Shown here: piece by piece, positions 27,647-40,266 of the stretch
Numbering within the stretch: position 1 is the stretch's first letter
How the letters are laid out: the number at the start of each line of letters is the position of its first letter
Source: Marsupella aquatica
Taxonomy: Eukaryota; Plantae; Marchantiophyta
Assembly: GCA_973895155.1 (NCBI GenBank)
Contig: OZ316895.1
Coordinates: forward strand, 11,492,858 to 11,556,857
Length of the DNA stretch: 64,000 nucleotides
Direction of reading: 5' to 3'
Made by a program: the position numbers and the translations under genes
The notes under the pieces: generated by a model
Told to the model about the DNA's origin: nothing
What the model saw: the letters and a program-made list of their open reading frames with translations, nothing else
Database searches by the model: none

Positions 27647-27720
27647 GGAGGGCCTGGAGCTCAGTAATAGTGCAGTAGGATGTACATGAGAGGTCCTAGG
27701 TTCAATTCCTAGCCGGTCCA
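27647..27720 (+). mobile_element. tRNA-derived SINE head or tRNA pseudogene
   Basis: A-box-like GAGCTCAGTAATAG, B-box GGTTCAATTCC inside a CTAGG/CCTAG T-arm, 3' CCGGTCCA. The anticodon arm and acceptor stem are degenerate. Confidence 0.6.
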
Positions 27721-27894
27721 TGCTATTGGAAATTCCAACATGAACTTAACCAGCGGGCATGCTAGAAATGTTCCCCTCTCGGTTCCCCTGGCACTTGTGT
27801 TGACACTTTCACAAGAGTCTGGCAATGTTTTAGGCAGATATTATACAGTACTATTATCTCGTGGAGCTCTCGAGGATGCCATTTACCAAAAAAA

Positions 27895-28112
27895 GCTTTT
27901 AATTACTTTGCCACTAAAGATGTTCTAATTCACAATACTGCACTATTTTTTCTGTATTTATAAAAATGTCACTATTTTGTATATGAATGACAAGTTTACC
28001 AAGGTAACTAGTGGAACCATATACGAAAACCATGACATTTTTGTAAACACAAAAACAATAGTGGCAGTATTATAAATTCAAACATCTTTAGTGACAATGT
28101 ACTTAAAAACTG
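27895..28112. mobile_element. Foldback MITE (long imperfect palindrome), copy 1
   Basis: ttgccactaaagatgttctaattcacaatactgcactatt pairs with aatagtggcagtattataaattcaaacatctttagtgacaa. Arms extend nearly to the centre. Confidence 0.75.
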
Positions 28113-28757
28113 TACCAAAAAACTCATATTTGCTTGTAAAGATTTAACACTTTCTGTTCCCCCACGTCAAGGAGAGCCATAGAAACACTCTTTCCCTCTT
28201 ACCAATTTGTTAGTACTCTCTTTAGGTGGGCTTAAACATTGGTGAAACCACTATATCTATCTGAGGATGAGGCCTTACACTTAGTTGACATAATGTTTTC
28301 CTTGCATAGCAAACTCAGATTTCTGAAGTCAAACTTTGTAGTCCATCCGAGCATCAACTTCTGTAGTTGGACTCCACATCGGTGAGATAGATAAATCTGA
28401 GGGTGAGGCCTGGCACGGAGTAGGCATAACCGGAGGCCAGGGCTATTTTTCATGGACTCAAGCACCCAGGACCTTATTTTTCATGGACCCAAGTAGGCAT
28501 AACATTGGGCCAAGTTGATTTTCAAAATAGGTTTTGCCCACTATTTTTCCACTCTTGAGTCCAAAGGAACACTAATTGATTTGCACGAAACAGTGTGAGT
28601 GATGATAATCTATGAGTAGAGCCCAAAATTCTCTGCCCTCAAATTAGTCTGAGTAACACTAATTCCAGAATTCAGGCCCTTGTGGGGTTGGGACAACCAA
28701 GCCAGGACGTAGACCACCTACTACCTTAAACTGAAGCTTTTCCAGGAACCTGTTAAA

Positions 28758-29100
28758 TGTTAGACATTTACTCTTAGGTCTAGGGTTACAACTATAACCA
28801 TAGTTAGGGCTAACCTTAGCTGTGGACTTGGTTAGGTTAATCATGTTGCACACTATGTCCAAAACGGTATTTGCTTGGATAGGAGGAAGCTAAAGCTCAT
28901 TCTTACGGAACAAGTTGAGAGATAGGGAGAATTTGTATGCAGAGACTCGGAATGGCCGACAGGCCTAGAGTGCAGTAAAGCTCTCGTGTGTTCACGCAGA
29001 CGTAGCCTTAGCTGAGGTGAACCACATATCTCTCGCTGTTGACTACTTGTGCATTGGATGATCATGGGCTTGCCATTGTGAATGTTGTCTTTGCTTGACA
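28758..29100 (+). mobile_element. LTR of the same family as 452-790, no matching TSD
   Basis: TGTTAGACA...TTGACA, collinear with 452-790 (gagagatagggaga, atggccgaca, ggtgaaccacatatctc). Followed by the purine run AGGGGGGAG. Confidence 0.7.
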
Positions 29101-29785
29101 AGGGGGGAGCTTTGTGTGAGCAGTGCAAGACTCAAAGACTTCTGAGATGTCTTTGCCTTCGAAAGGATGTCTTGCCAATGGGATGCTTAGGGTTAGGTGT
29201 GTAGGGTTGCAATTGTGAGACCAAGGTATTTCTAAGTTGCACACCTTATCACATTGTTTCTTTTGGTATCGAATTGTATCAAAGTCAACTTGCAGTGGCT
29301 GGAAGAGAGAACCATACCAAGGAGAGGAGTGTGTGACAATGTATCTAATCTACACCAGTCAAATTTCTGAGATTTGAGGAGTAAGATTGGATCTGGTGTC
29401 CAGAGTCTTGGTTGGATAGTTAGACAGCCTTGTCTTGCGTAAGAATTTGGTGGAAATTCACCAAAAAAGAACATCGGAAAGAGTTACCTACACAATGGTG
29501 ATGAGGGCAAACCCGGGTGAATGCAGTCAACATTAAACTGCCACTGGCCATATAGAACCCATAAACACTCCCCTATGCCCAGTACATTGTAGCACCAATT
29601 ACCAATTATACCATAGCAGCCCAATACCCATTCATATTGCACACTTCATTGTGGGGATGTTGTGGTTGTAAAAGTCATTCTGGGAGGGTTGTCATTGCAA
29701 CCATGTTGTCCTTGTGTAAGTGTTGCCATTTTGGCTGACAAAATTCAATAGCTGATAAGAGTTGATATCCAAATTCTGTAAGTAT

Positions 29786-29970
29786 AACTTTTGACTAAGG
29801 TTGCCACTAAAGATGTTCCTAATTTACAGTACCACTTTTCATTGTATTTTTAAATATGTCATGGTTTTGGTAGATAATTACATTGATTATATTGGAGAAC
29901 TTGTTGTCCATATGCAAAACAGTGGCATTATCATCAATAAGAAAATCTTTAGTGGAAATAGTTAAAAGTT
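29786..29970. mobile_element. Foldback MITE, copy 2 (same family as 27895-28112)
   Basis: Ends aacttttgacta..ttgccactaaagat and atctttagtggaaatagttaaaagtt. Shares ttgccactaaagatgttc with copy 1. Confidence 0.65.
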
Positions 29971-30560
29971 GTTTCTTAAATAGGGTCTCAAACATCAGGT
30001 TTGGCGGTCATCTGCTGCCCCCTAGAAAGATGTTAACATTACATTGGTAACAGTTATTGACAACCATTTTAGGCAGTCCATTGCTCAGTTATTGACAACC
30101 ATTTTAGGCAGTCCATAGCTTTTGACGGACTAACATACTTTCCTGTGGGCAACTACGTCTCAACTAGTTTTGAGACGTCCTACTACACCATGAGAGAGTT
30201 TCCAGTTTTGGCTGCATCCTCAACTATAATACACTGTTGCGCCCTTTTTTGCAGTGATCGTCATTCAAATTTGCAGGGTCAAAAAAAATTAAAAAAAAGT
30301 TAATCCTAGCAACCAAGGAATCAAAGCTATATTAAATTTAGTGTACACCAAAAGTGAATCAAGTGCATTACAAACAAATGGGGAATCAAATGGGACACAA
30401 AAAAGAGGGAGCCAAATGCACATGCACGAGTATCAAGGAGATACACTTATCCATACACAAGAAGTACAAAGGTACATTTAATGTATATAATACTTTCTAT
30501 TATTGCAGGAACTACAATATTATTGTATAATATAATAATGATAATAATTTAATTAAAATA

Positions 30561-31045
30561 TCAAAAGCTATTAAAGACTATAATACAAAGTTGTGCATTT
30601 TCTTCTATGGTCATCACTCAAAATGGCGGGGCGTTTTGGGTGGAAAGAATTGACACTAAAAAAGTCGAAACTATAAACAGCAAAAAAAAAACTGAGTGCA
30701 CGAAACGTCCCGCGGTGACCCCGCTTTCCCTCCAGCACCTCGACTCTGTGGCGCCCCGACGAGCCCTGACAAGCCCAACCGTGTTGCGGTCTCGCTCCCT
30801 CCCCAACAGCCCCGACTACCTTGCTCCATCCCCCCATGACCTCGCTCCCTCCCTTGACAAGCCCCGACAAGCCCACCGTCGGCGACCCTCCATCCTTGCC
30901 CCAACTCCCGCTCCCTCTCTTGCCTGCTCCTCGCCTCCGTCTTGCCCCGCCCTCCCTTACCGCGGCCTTGCCTTGCCTCACCCAAGTCCCTCCTCCTCCT
31001 CCAGCCCCGCCCTGCCTTAATGGCGCTGGAGTGCACACTCAGTAA
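30561..31045 (+). mobile_element. Possible 5' fragment of a related Helitron
   Basis: A|TC start, then tataataca, aaaatggcg, gttttgggtgg and a C/T-rich block, in the same order as in 31681-31930. Confidence 0.35.
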
Positions 31046-31680
31046 GGAAGACCATTGGATTTTAAGGTCAGCGGGTACTAAATTTCAGTCGTGGTCAAAG
31101 AGTTCTTTACAAGGGGAAGAGTACAAAAATTGTGAATTGTTGTGATTGAGATAAGTTGTACATAACACGGTGTAGAAAAAAATTTAGTCAAACCACAGAA
31201 CATTTAGACTCTATGAACATACATTTTAGAGAGCATTGTTAGCCATAATGCCCCCAAAACATGGGTTTTAGCGCAAGTTTTGAGAGTTAATATTGCTCAT
31301 AATCAGGTAATAGGAAGTTAACACACCTGAAGAGTAAAATATTTTCATTTTCCTCACTTTAGTAAAAGCAGAGGAGAAATAAAAATGTGGCAATCCATAT
31401 TTTGAATGTGCATTTTTTTTATAAATGCCCTGAAATTAATTGTAAAAAGTAAATTCATGAAGGGCTTAAGCTAGGAAAGTGATAAGAGATAGATTATCTT
31501 ATTTGAAGGCCACTGTAAAGGCCTATTTTTCCGCATTTTATGTCCAAGAAAACTATCCATGTGTGCATTGGAGGATATGAACATAGCTCAAAATTTTCAC
31601 TTTCCATTATGAGAGCCTTTGTAACTGTTTGCAATTAGAAGAAATTAAGGTCTCATGTTAACTGCTTTTGCTTTTTGTTA

Positions 31681-32507
31681 TCTCTATCAAAACATATAAT
31701 ACACTATTGCACCAGAAAATGGCGTGACCATCATTTGAATTTAACATGATGTTTTGGGTGGGAAGTACCAAAACTGTAAAAAGAAATGAATAAATCTGGA
31801 AAAACTGTCCTCCACTTCTCTCCCTGCAACCCTCTCCTCTCGGCCCTCAATGCACAGTGGTGCAGCCACGTGTCGCTCTCCCCCCCCCCTCCCCGTCGTG
31901 CTGCCCTCTTCGGTGTGCTCCTCTCTCCCTCCAAACTCCAAGTACACGAAGGAGACAAAAATAACAAAACCTCTTAACATCTTAGCTCGCATCTTAGGCA
32001 CCTCAACATCTTTTTACTTTGCGCCATCTTTGACATAACACCATTGTTTTACTTGACAACATCTTTGGCATCATGACATCTTTCTACTTCACGACATTTT
32101 ACATGATACAACATCTTTTGCGCCATGGTATTTTTCTAATTCCTGACATCTTTTTACTTCACTACATCTTTGGCACCACGACATCTTTTTACTTCACAAC
32201 ATCTTTGACATAACAGCATCTTTGGCGCCATGACATCTTTTTATTCGATGACATTTCTTTACTTGATGACATCTTTCACATAACGACATCTTTGGTGACA
32301 AAACTTCTTTATTCTTAACATTTTTTTTTCTTGGCGACATCTTTCACATAACGACATCTTGGCTTACACGACATCTTTTTTCTTATCAACATCTTCACAT
32401 AACAACATCTTGGGCGGAACGACTTCTTTTTTCTTATCGACATCTTGACTGACACAACATCTTGGCCGACACGACATCTTTTGTGCAACGCACGGGTATT
32501 GAGCTCG
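31681..32507 (+). mobile_element. Non-autonomous Helitron
   Basis: 5' A|TCTCTATC. 3' hairpin GTGCAACGCAC(GGG) at 32483-32496 followed by CTCG|T (variant of CTAG). Inserted in AT with no TSD. Internal degenerate ACATCTTT tandem array at ~31975-32480. Confidence 0.75.
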
Positions 32508-32948
32508 TTACATAATAATATAGATTTTATCAAATAAAAAACTTAGAAAGATGTGGTTACTAAAGAGAGTAATTAGTAAGATGTGTCTCAAGGTTTTGGA
32601 AATGGACGAAGTGGTTTTCCAGATTAACGTGGACAGAGGCGCTTTGCCACATTAATGGAACTCGAGTGTGTTGCACCAACAATAGCGATGGATGCCAGTG
32701 TACACCCCTCCCTCCATGTCCTCCTTTCTCTCCTTCACAACAAGAGAAACGGCATAGCTCCTCCACCGAGTTGAAACGGTGCCTTCCTCTCTCTCTGCCC
32801 GAGCTGATGAGGTCAGCTGCTTCTCTGAGTCCTCTGCGTCCTCGCTCCTGCAAGTTTGACGCCACTAAATCAGTTGTACACTAGCTCATTCAGTCATGTC
32901 CTGCCATTCTCAATCCTCATTGTAAATTTCGAAAGAAAAAACGCGGTG

Positions 32949-35900
32949 ATGATCTCTCGAGGCTTCCGGTTCAGTGTTCCCGGCTCTCTCTGTCGAACGT
33001 CAGGAGGAATGCGCTCGTTGCAGTTGTCTTCAGTGATCGAGAGCCAGCAATGCTACGGGCTTCGTGTGGCCCGGAAATGCAAATTGGAGGCAGCAGCAAA
33101 GCAGTATTTACTTCTGGTTTCTTCGGGTCTGTCGTGGCGGAGAAATGTGCTCCAGAGCTCAAGCTTCGGACCAACTAAGAGGTTGGAGAGGCTCACCAAA
33201 GGTTGGTCAGAGACTTTCCATAGCTATTCTTCGGGATTGATATTCCTTTTTTGATCTATCCTTACTTATGCGGGGACCGATTAACTCGAATAGTTGTGAA
33301 ATTGTGTAGAGCATCTTTCTTGCGGCATTGTTCATGATCAAAGGTGGCGAAAATTTGCTCTAAATGAAAGTAAAAATGAATGTATCTACACGGGGATAAG
33401 ATACGTGGAAGTAATTTCAGGGTTTAGGGTTTAGTATTCTAGCTGGTGTTCACGGATTCCGTTGCGGTGGTCTTTTGCTAATTCACGACTGTAGCTTCGT
33501 TCCAATTCACTGACTCACTATTCAAGCAGATTTGCGCCTTTAATGCTAGAATGAATAATTCGTCTTTCTGAAAATCAAAGCTAAATTCTTTAATTGGTTC
33601 GCTGAGGTCAGATCTGCTGTAACAGTCTCGATGGCTCCTTATTTACCACTGTTGCTTCATCCCAATTCATTATAAACTTCCCCTAATCAAGATCATTCGA
33701 TCGTCAGCACCAAAACTTGCTCAGTTAGAATCATCGTCACTTATAACTTCTTCCCGTCATCAATCTGTTTTCAGGGAACTGGTCTGCTAGAGGGAGCAGT
33801 ACCACTTCAAGAGTTGTTTGCTCTATCATTTCGAGAAAGTTGAGGGCTACGATTCCTTGCTCCAATACAGAGCAATGGTGGGCCTGTTCTGTTCCTGGGA
33901 AAGCTCTGCATGGCGTTACAGCTGCATCTTATGGTCACCGTTTGCTATCAGTTGACGAAAGTAGAGAACTTCTATCCAATGAAGGTCCAAGTTTGGATCC
34001 CAACTCAACTCCCTTCCGAAAGAGGAAGGTTGCCATGTGGATTGGATATGTTGGGACAGCATTCAGAGGTGAGGAGGAGTTTTTGGTAGAAGTCTATCTG
34101 TTGTAAGGGTTGTGCATAGAACATGGTTCTTCAGTAGTATCTCTTCTGGCATCCAGAGTGGGTCATTTTATTTTTGATGCTAGTGTAGATGGAAGTACGA
34201 GGGGGTTGTCCTTTGAAGATATTCTTGCCTTGAAATATGACCGAAGAGTAGTACCAGAACAAATATACACTAACATAATGCTCATTTATTGTAGCTTTTA
34301 AGGCAACGGTACTGTTGGATCGGAACTTTGTCCTGATAGAGTTTTTGGTGCTCAATTTAGGTCTCCAAATGATGCGTGGGCCTGAAGCTGCAAACAGTAA
34401 GTGGTATGCTTTCAACCACAGTCTATGTTTATCTCATCTGATGTCTGTATGGGGTCGCTTTAGATAGCGTGTACCGTTTGTGGAGCCTTCTATGAGAAAA
34501 TTGTCCCTCTCTCTCTCTCCTTTAGAAAGCTCATAAGAACTTTAGGGTTCATGAAGAAGTAGATGAATGCCCCACTACCATCAAAGATCAGGTTCGTCAC
34601 TCGTTCACTTAAAATTTGCAATAGAACATTGAGGCTTTAGGCTACTGACAGTTTTTTCAGTACCGATGTAGCTAAGTGCCACCTGTTTTGTGTCCTGTAA
34701 TTAGTTAATGTGTTAGTGGCAAGGACGATGGAAAGTCGTGACATTGGTTTTCCTCCTGCAGCAATAGAATATCAACTTGAAAGAGCGATTTACAAAGCTG
34801 GTGGAATTCTTGACACTAACTATGGTCATCTGGACAAGCTCAGCTGGTCACGAAGCAGTCGAACTGACAAAGGGGTAGCTTACTTCATTGGAGTCTTTGG
34901 ATTGGGTGTCGCAAAGTTGATTACAGAGTAAAGTCCAGATGCCTAAAGTGGGCAAGGTAGTCGGCGTCAAGATTTGCCTCCCCAAATTTGTTTGGTGGTG
35001 TGCTTCTGTGTTCGATATGTGAGATGACGGTAGCTTGTTCCAATCTAAGTTGTTTACCACTCCTCTTGTTACGTAGGGCATTAATTAGCCTTCTTACGGA
35101 GTTTTCGCTCTGCAGGTGCATTCGCTTTCCACGGTTATTGCCTTGAAAATGGAGATACCATCAACTGCGTGGGTAGGTGATCCAGATGGGCTATTACTAG
35201 CGGACAACATCAATGTCCATCTTCCCCCAACAATTCAAGTTTTTGGCATTGTGCCTGTGACCAAGTATGGATTTATCTCCCTCTGGCCTCTGGGGTGGCA
35301 TTAATGCAATTGAGGGGTATATCTCTCATTTCAAGTGTCCAATTAGAGATACCCATCGCAATAAAAGCTTCCAAGGATTTTCTCAGGGTTAGGGATAAGT
35401 TTGGGGATCAGTTTACTCTTCGCTCGGATCAAATTACTAGCCTTGCATGCCAGATGGTTTTAATCTATCGTGTAGTTTGCTCAATTTCTCAAGAAAAGTG
35501 TTGTCGTCCTTCAGATCTTTTGAAGCCAGACGCTTCTGTTGCAACCGGACTTATCAGTATTTACTACCGGCTTCCTTGATTGGTTTGTCTGAAGACTTGT
35601 CACCAGAGAGAACTGGGCAGGTCCTTCAGAACTTTCGATCTATTCTTAACACATTCGAGGTGGGTTTAGTATAAAGGACTGCCTTTATCTTGAGTGCTGC
35701 CCTTGGAATTTTGTCCTTGAAATTTTGCTCTGAATCATTTTCTGCCAGGCAGTAGTTCTCATCTTGGTCATGGATGTTGATTCTGAGGTGATTTTCTACT
35801 AATTGCCAGCAACGATATTTGAGGAGGGAGGAATGAAGCTTGTATTGTGAAATTGACCTTACTTGGCTCCGGTTTTCGATCATGTGATTGTTTGACAGGG

Positions 35901-37187
35901 TAGGTTTGCATTTCACAATTATACAATTCGCCGGCTTTACAGACAAGAAAACAAATCAAAGGGATCATGGGCAAAACATGCAAGTCGTCGCCGCACCCCG
36001 TTTCCCAGTAAACCAGTTGCAGCGGAAGAAAAAGTAGAGGAAGCCATTGACTTGCCTGCTCCACCAGTAGAGGTCCCATTTGAGAACATGAAGAATTCAA
36101 CACCTTTTGAGAGTGTCATGGCATACTGGTTGGAAAATCCTGACCCGGCTGATAAGCTTAGTGCATCTCATTTTAGGAGAATTCTGGAGTGTTCTTGCGG
36201 TGGCTTGGAAAGCTTTGGCGGAATCCAGTTCATCCGCATATCAATCACCGGTGAATCTTTCATGGTCCATCAAGTTAGTACCTCACGTCTCCCCAATCTT
36301 TTTTGTCACCCCTCTTCGCATGCTGTATGCTTTATCCATGATTGGAATATGCGAGATTTTATTTTGTTTCTGACAAAATGGGGTTGACTTGGTGTATTTC
36401 AAGCATTTTTTACATGATCTGTCTAGTATAACTTTTTGCTTCGTGAGCTTTGCACGCCAAACCAAGGGAACCTTCGAACGTTCTCTGCGCAGTAGCAAAT
36501 TAAAAGTAACAGGGACAGTTTTGACCCGTTGCCCATCAGCAGGATAAACAGTTAAAGAATATGTTCAGTATAGAACGGTTTTTGTTTTCAGAGCGTTGCA
36601 CAATGAGCCAAGATCACTTTTGTTCAATCAACACTACCAACCGGGCAATCATGGGTTTGCTTGCACCTCTAATGGCTGTGCATATTTGTTTTCTCGTTGT
36701 GGTTCAGATTAGGAAGATGGTTGCAACGGCAGTTGCAATTGCGAGAGGAGTACTTCCTTCTGACATAATACCGCTTTCCTTGTCCCGTCATGCTAGAATA
36801 GTTCTCCCTATAGCACCGTCAGATGGCCTTGTGTTGGCGAAGAATTCATTCTATCCTTTCCGACAGCTGGTTGCCCCTTTCCATGAACGACAGTTCCTCG
36901 GGAGTGATGTGGGTGTGTCAAGGTTAAAGGAGCTGCCCAAACTGGAATTAACAAAACACATGGCTGAGAAAGTCGACCTCTTTTGGCGTGCTAAACTCCT
37001 ACCTGAGCTTGCCCCTCAACTAGATGGATCGTTGCCGGTGTGGAGTGTATGGCTAGAAAATCTTTCTGAAGGAGCCATTTGTGAATCTGAAATAGATAGG
37101 GTGCGGAGTAGTTATAGTAATTGGAGGGAGCAGAGTCAATTGAAGATGGAGGCAGCTGCTGAAGCCGGCGTGTCAGATATTCTGTAA
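32949..37187 (+). CDS. tRNA pseudouridine synthase, TruA/Pus1 family; exons 32949-33201, 33775-34068, 34361-34396, 34762-34874, 35116-35264, 35515-35659, 35899-36273, 36708-37187
   Basis: Spliced product has KRKVAMWIGYVGTAFRGLQ, TIEYQLE, catalytic SRTDKGVHS, RTYQYLLP, FHNYT, GESFMVHQIRKMV. All seven GT-AG introns are phase-consistent. The S/R-rich N-terminus resembles an organellar transit peptide. Exon 1 is the least certain. Confidence 0.92.
33419..33434 (+). promoter_or_regulatory. Telo-box (AGGGTTTAGGGTTTAG) in intron 1
   Basis: Two plant telomere-repeat units near the 5' end of an RNA-modification gene, a known context for telo-boxes. Confidence 0.4.
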
Positions 37188-40100
37188 ATTACAATGCCTA
37201 AAGACATGAATCAGGGAAATGGCGTCTAGAATGGTTATTATTGGTTCAGAAGGAAAAATTTACTAATCTGAAATCACTGCTACATTGGTCAGACTCACTC
37301 GTTGGCTCTTGAATTGAAGTTGACGTCCGGGACACAGGGTTTGGGTTTCACATGGACGATGTTAGGGGCATCTTCAGCTCAGTTTTCCGCGCACAAAGGT
37401 CTGATGGTGTCCGGTTCCTCTAGGTCTCTGCTAACGTTGCGAAGAATACTTTTAAGGTGTAACTTCACCCGAGGTTGCAAGCACTAACTTATTGTTATAC
37501 TATATGCTTACTTGACACTGAAAATGTGTGAAAACACCTCTCCAGTCATGCAAATTAGTTGGTTTTTGAGACAGGTGGCTCTGATGCAATGGCTTATGGG
37601 AAGTGGGCTGAGCCAGACCCTCGTGAGATCATACCGAAAATCATGTATGTAACTTCTGGCGCCTCCGGGCAGGCTTGAATGCAATCCAGCGCACCGACCA
37701 CACTGCGACGTTAAGTATGCACTGCCCGAGATTATCCCTTAACTAATCGAAAACTATAATTTGACAAATTTTGTCCTGTTAAGTAAAGAAATGAAGCAAT
37801 TGGCGATATGAAGTTAGCTTCAAGATATCGGTGCTTTTGGAAGGGTTAGAGAAATATAACGTGCACTATAACTCGAGTAATTTTACAACACAAACGATTT
37901 CGTACATCCGAGGCTGTATGTCTTCTACAACGGTTGTACTATACGATTTGGAGTTTTGGTAGCCATTGTGGCTCTTGCTACAACTATGGTCCGTGCAAGT
38001 ATGTCATTGAACGTTAGCTGTCGGTTGCCATGACTTCTGTCCTTGGACACATACCATTGTACGATTGTACCTTTCTGCTCTTAGTCCAACAGTCTCAGCT
38101 CCTACCAGTACTGGCGTGAGTTAGCTCCTCTAACCAAAGCTCACGGAACTCTACTGGTACTTCTTAATTGCAGAGTGTAGATCCTTGCAGAGGTACTTTG
38201 TAGGAAGTTAAAATCTACATTGTTGGTGTGCATTCTACAGTAGGAATCGCGTTGCTCCAAAAATGATGATTGCCCAGAACTGGCGAGCTTAAGTACACAA
38301 TCCAACCAGGCAATCCAACTGAGCCACTACACAGCAACAAAAACACATCGAACCAGACAATGTATTTAATTACATTGTTTGTCCAATAGGCAAGGTGATG
38401 TCAGCGATGATTTCGGTGTGAGATAGTCCACTCGGTTCAGGATTTACATTGGCCTGTTCGATGTTCTCGGGCAACAACTGAAAAGGTGGAGAACAACGCT
38501 CACCCACGTTCGAAATTCCTCGAACTATGCAGCAACGCAGATAACTGTAAAGCGATGGCTATGGGTGACCTCTTCCATGACAAGAGTGCCCTGGTTGTTT
38601 TATATGATTCCCAGGAAGGAGGCCTGAAGTACGAAGCAGCTGACATCAATAATGCCCGTCTTCAAACGCCCACGGGAAGACTAGGGAAGAAGTGTAACAA
38701 ACCATGTTGATACTGTTGCTGTCCGGGCTGGCGGCTCTGGCGAGCTCCGGTAGCAGCTCACGCCGGCCGTGAAATTCCCAAGAGAGAAACTTCCAAGAAA
38801 ACTCGCCATCCCGCCCATGATCAGCTTGTGGAGCTGTAACGTTCTCCTGGTGTGTCGAACGCTATGTCCAGCATTCGGTGTCCGATCACTCTTAATGAGG
38901 ATGAAGAGAGTTGGAGAACTTGGTAAGCGTAAGAGAAATGAACCGATTGGATGCAACACCATCAGTGACCTCCTCCCCAAAGATCATACTCCCCAGAAAA
39001 ATTAATCGACTAGTCTACAACGGGACGGCTTCTCAAGAGCCCAATGGCCCCGTGAATGGTATGAAACGTATGGTTCCTTCTCAATGTATGACCGGATGAC
39101 CTGCTCATGCTGGGTACAACAAAACGACTAATACTCATGCCCACCTTCTTCGTCCAACTGTTTTAAGGTTGGTGGGTACCTACATGATTAGTTTTGTCAA
39201 AGACAAGGGATCACACAGTAAGCTGTTAAACAATTCAAAACCAGTTAGCCTCGTTCACCAGCAATATTGCCCTCACAGTCCATAATCACAAGGCTTTCTG
39301 GATCACAAGGCAAGGGGCTCTGAATGAACCGAACTCAGTACTGACGCACTTCGTCAGAATTATTCGGCAAACAAATTGGAGCGTGAAATTTTTAGTCTGC
39401 CAAACGAAATGTTTTAAACATAGTGAGGTAATCCATTAAACTAATGATCCTGTAACTCACAAGTTAAAAAGCGTGAGACTTCAAGAAGAAACCTAAGAAC
39501 TAAAGATAATAAGTTAGCTTCCTAACGACCGATGGAGACAACCTGTTTACCAAGCGTGCTAATAGAGCTTGACATGGCTCGAGAAAATATACATATGCAG
39601 AAGACCCTATGGTCAGTAACAGAAAGGTTTACGTAAAACCCCTGGATCGGCTACAGATTGGACCTATTCAAAATAAGTAAGGAAAAGATAGGAAAAAAGG
39701 TTGCTTGTATCATCACCAGTGCCATGATTCACAACGAAAGAGTTATATGCCTTGATGCAGAACTGAGTAAAAAATCGGAATTTTGACTAACCCCAAACTT
39801 GGGTATCGGACAAAGTGTACATCCTCGGCAAGATGCCAGGGTACTTGACCAGCCAAGAAACCCTAAACCCTCAGCTATCCTCTTGACAAAACAGCTCCCA
39901 CAATCTTCTCAAAGCTACCACTGTCAAGGAGCTACTGCCTTTGATTATGACAAGACTTGTGGCATGCATTACAGCCTCTAAATTCAGGTCGGAACGGAGG
40001 AACACGACCGACCTGACAATAATAGATTGGGCCCCTTCCAACGCTAGCACCCGCAGGCATGGCCAAGGTATCATCAAAAGGACCAGCTGTTCTTCGGGGC

Positions 40101-40266
40101 AACTTTCGGTTCACTCTTATCAGGTGCCCCGAAATTCCAATCTCAAAAAAGAATTCGAATTCCTCAAAACCGCGGCAGGTCATCGTGTTAAGCCTGATAC
40201 ATCAAAGGAGAGAAAGGATACATGAAAGCCCTTAGCGTGTTTCCTCTGCAGCTGCAAGCGGCATTT

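Noticed and set aside
27647-27720. Functional tRNA gene
   Set aside because: The D-loop GG is lost, and the acceptor stem and anticodon arm do not pair.
30571-31145. Overlapping 120-155 aa ORFs
   Set aside because: C/T-skewed low-complexity TE sequence with no recognisable domain.
38400-39100. Possible pseudogene between the convergent genes
   Set aside because: All frames are interrupted and nothing is recognisable. Needs BLASTx.
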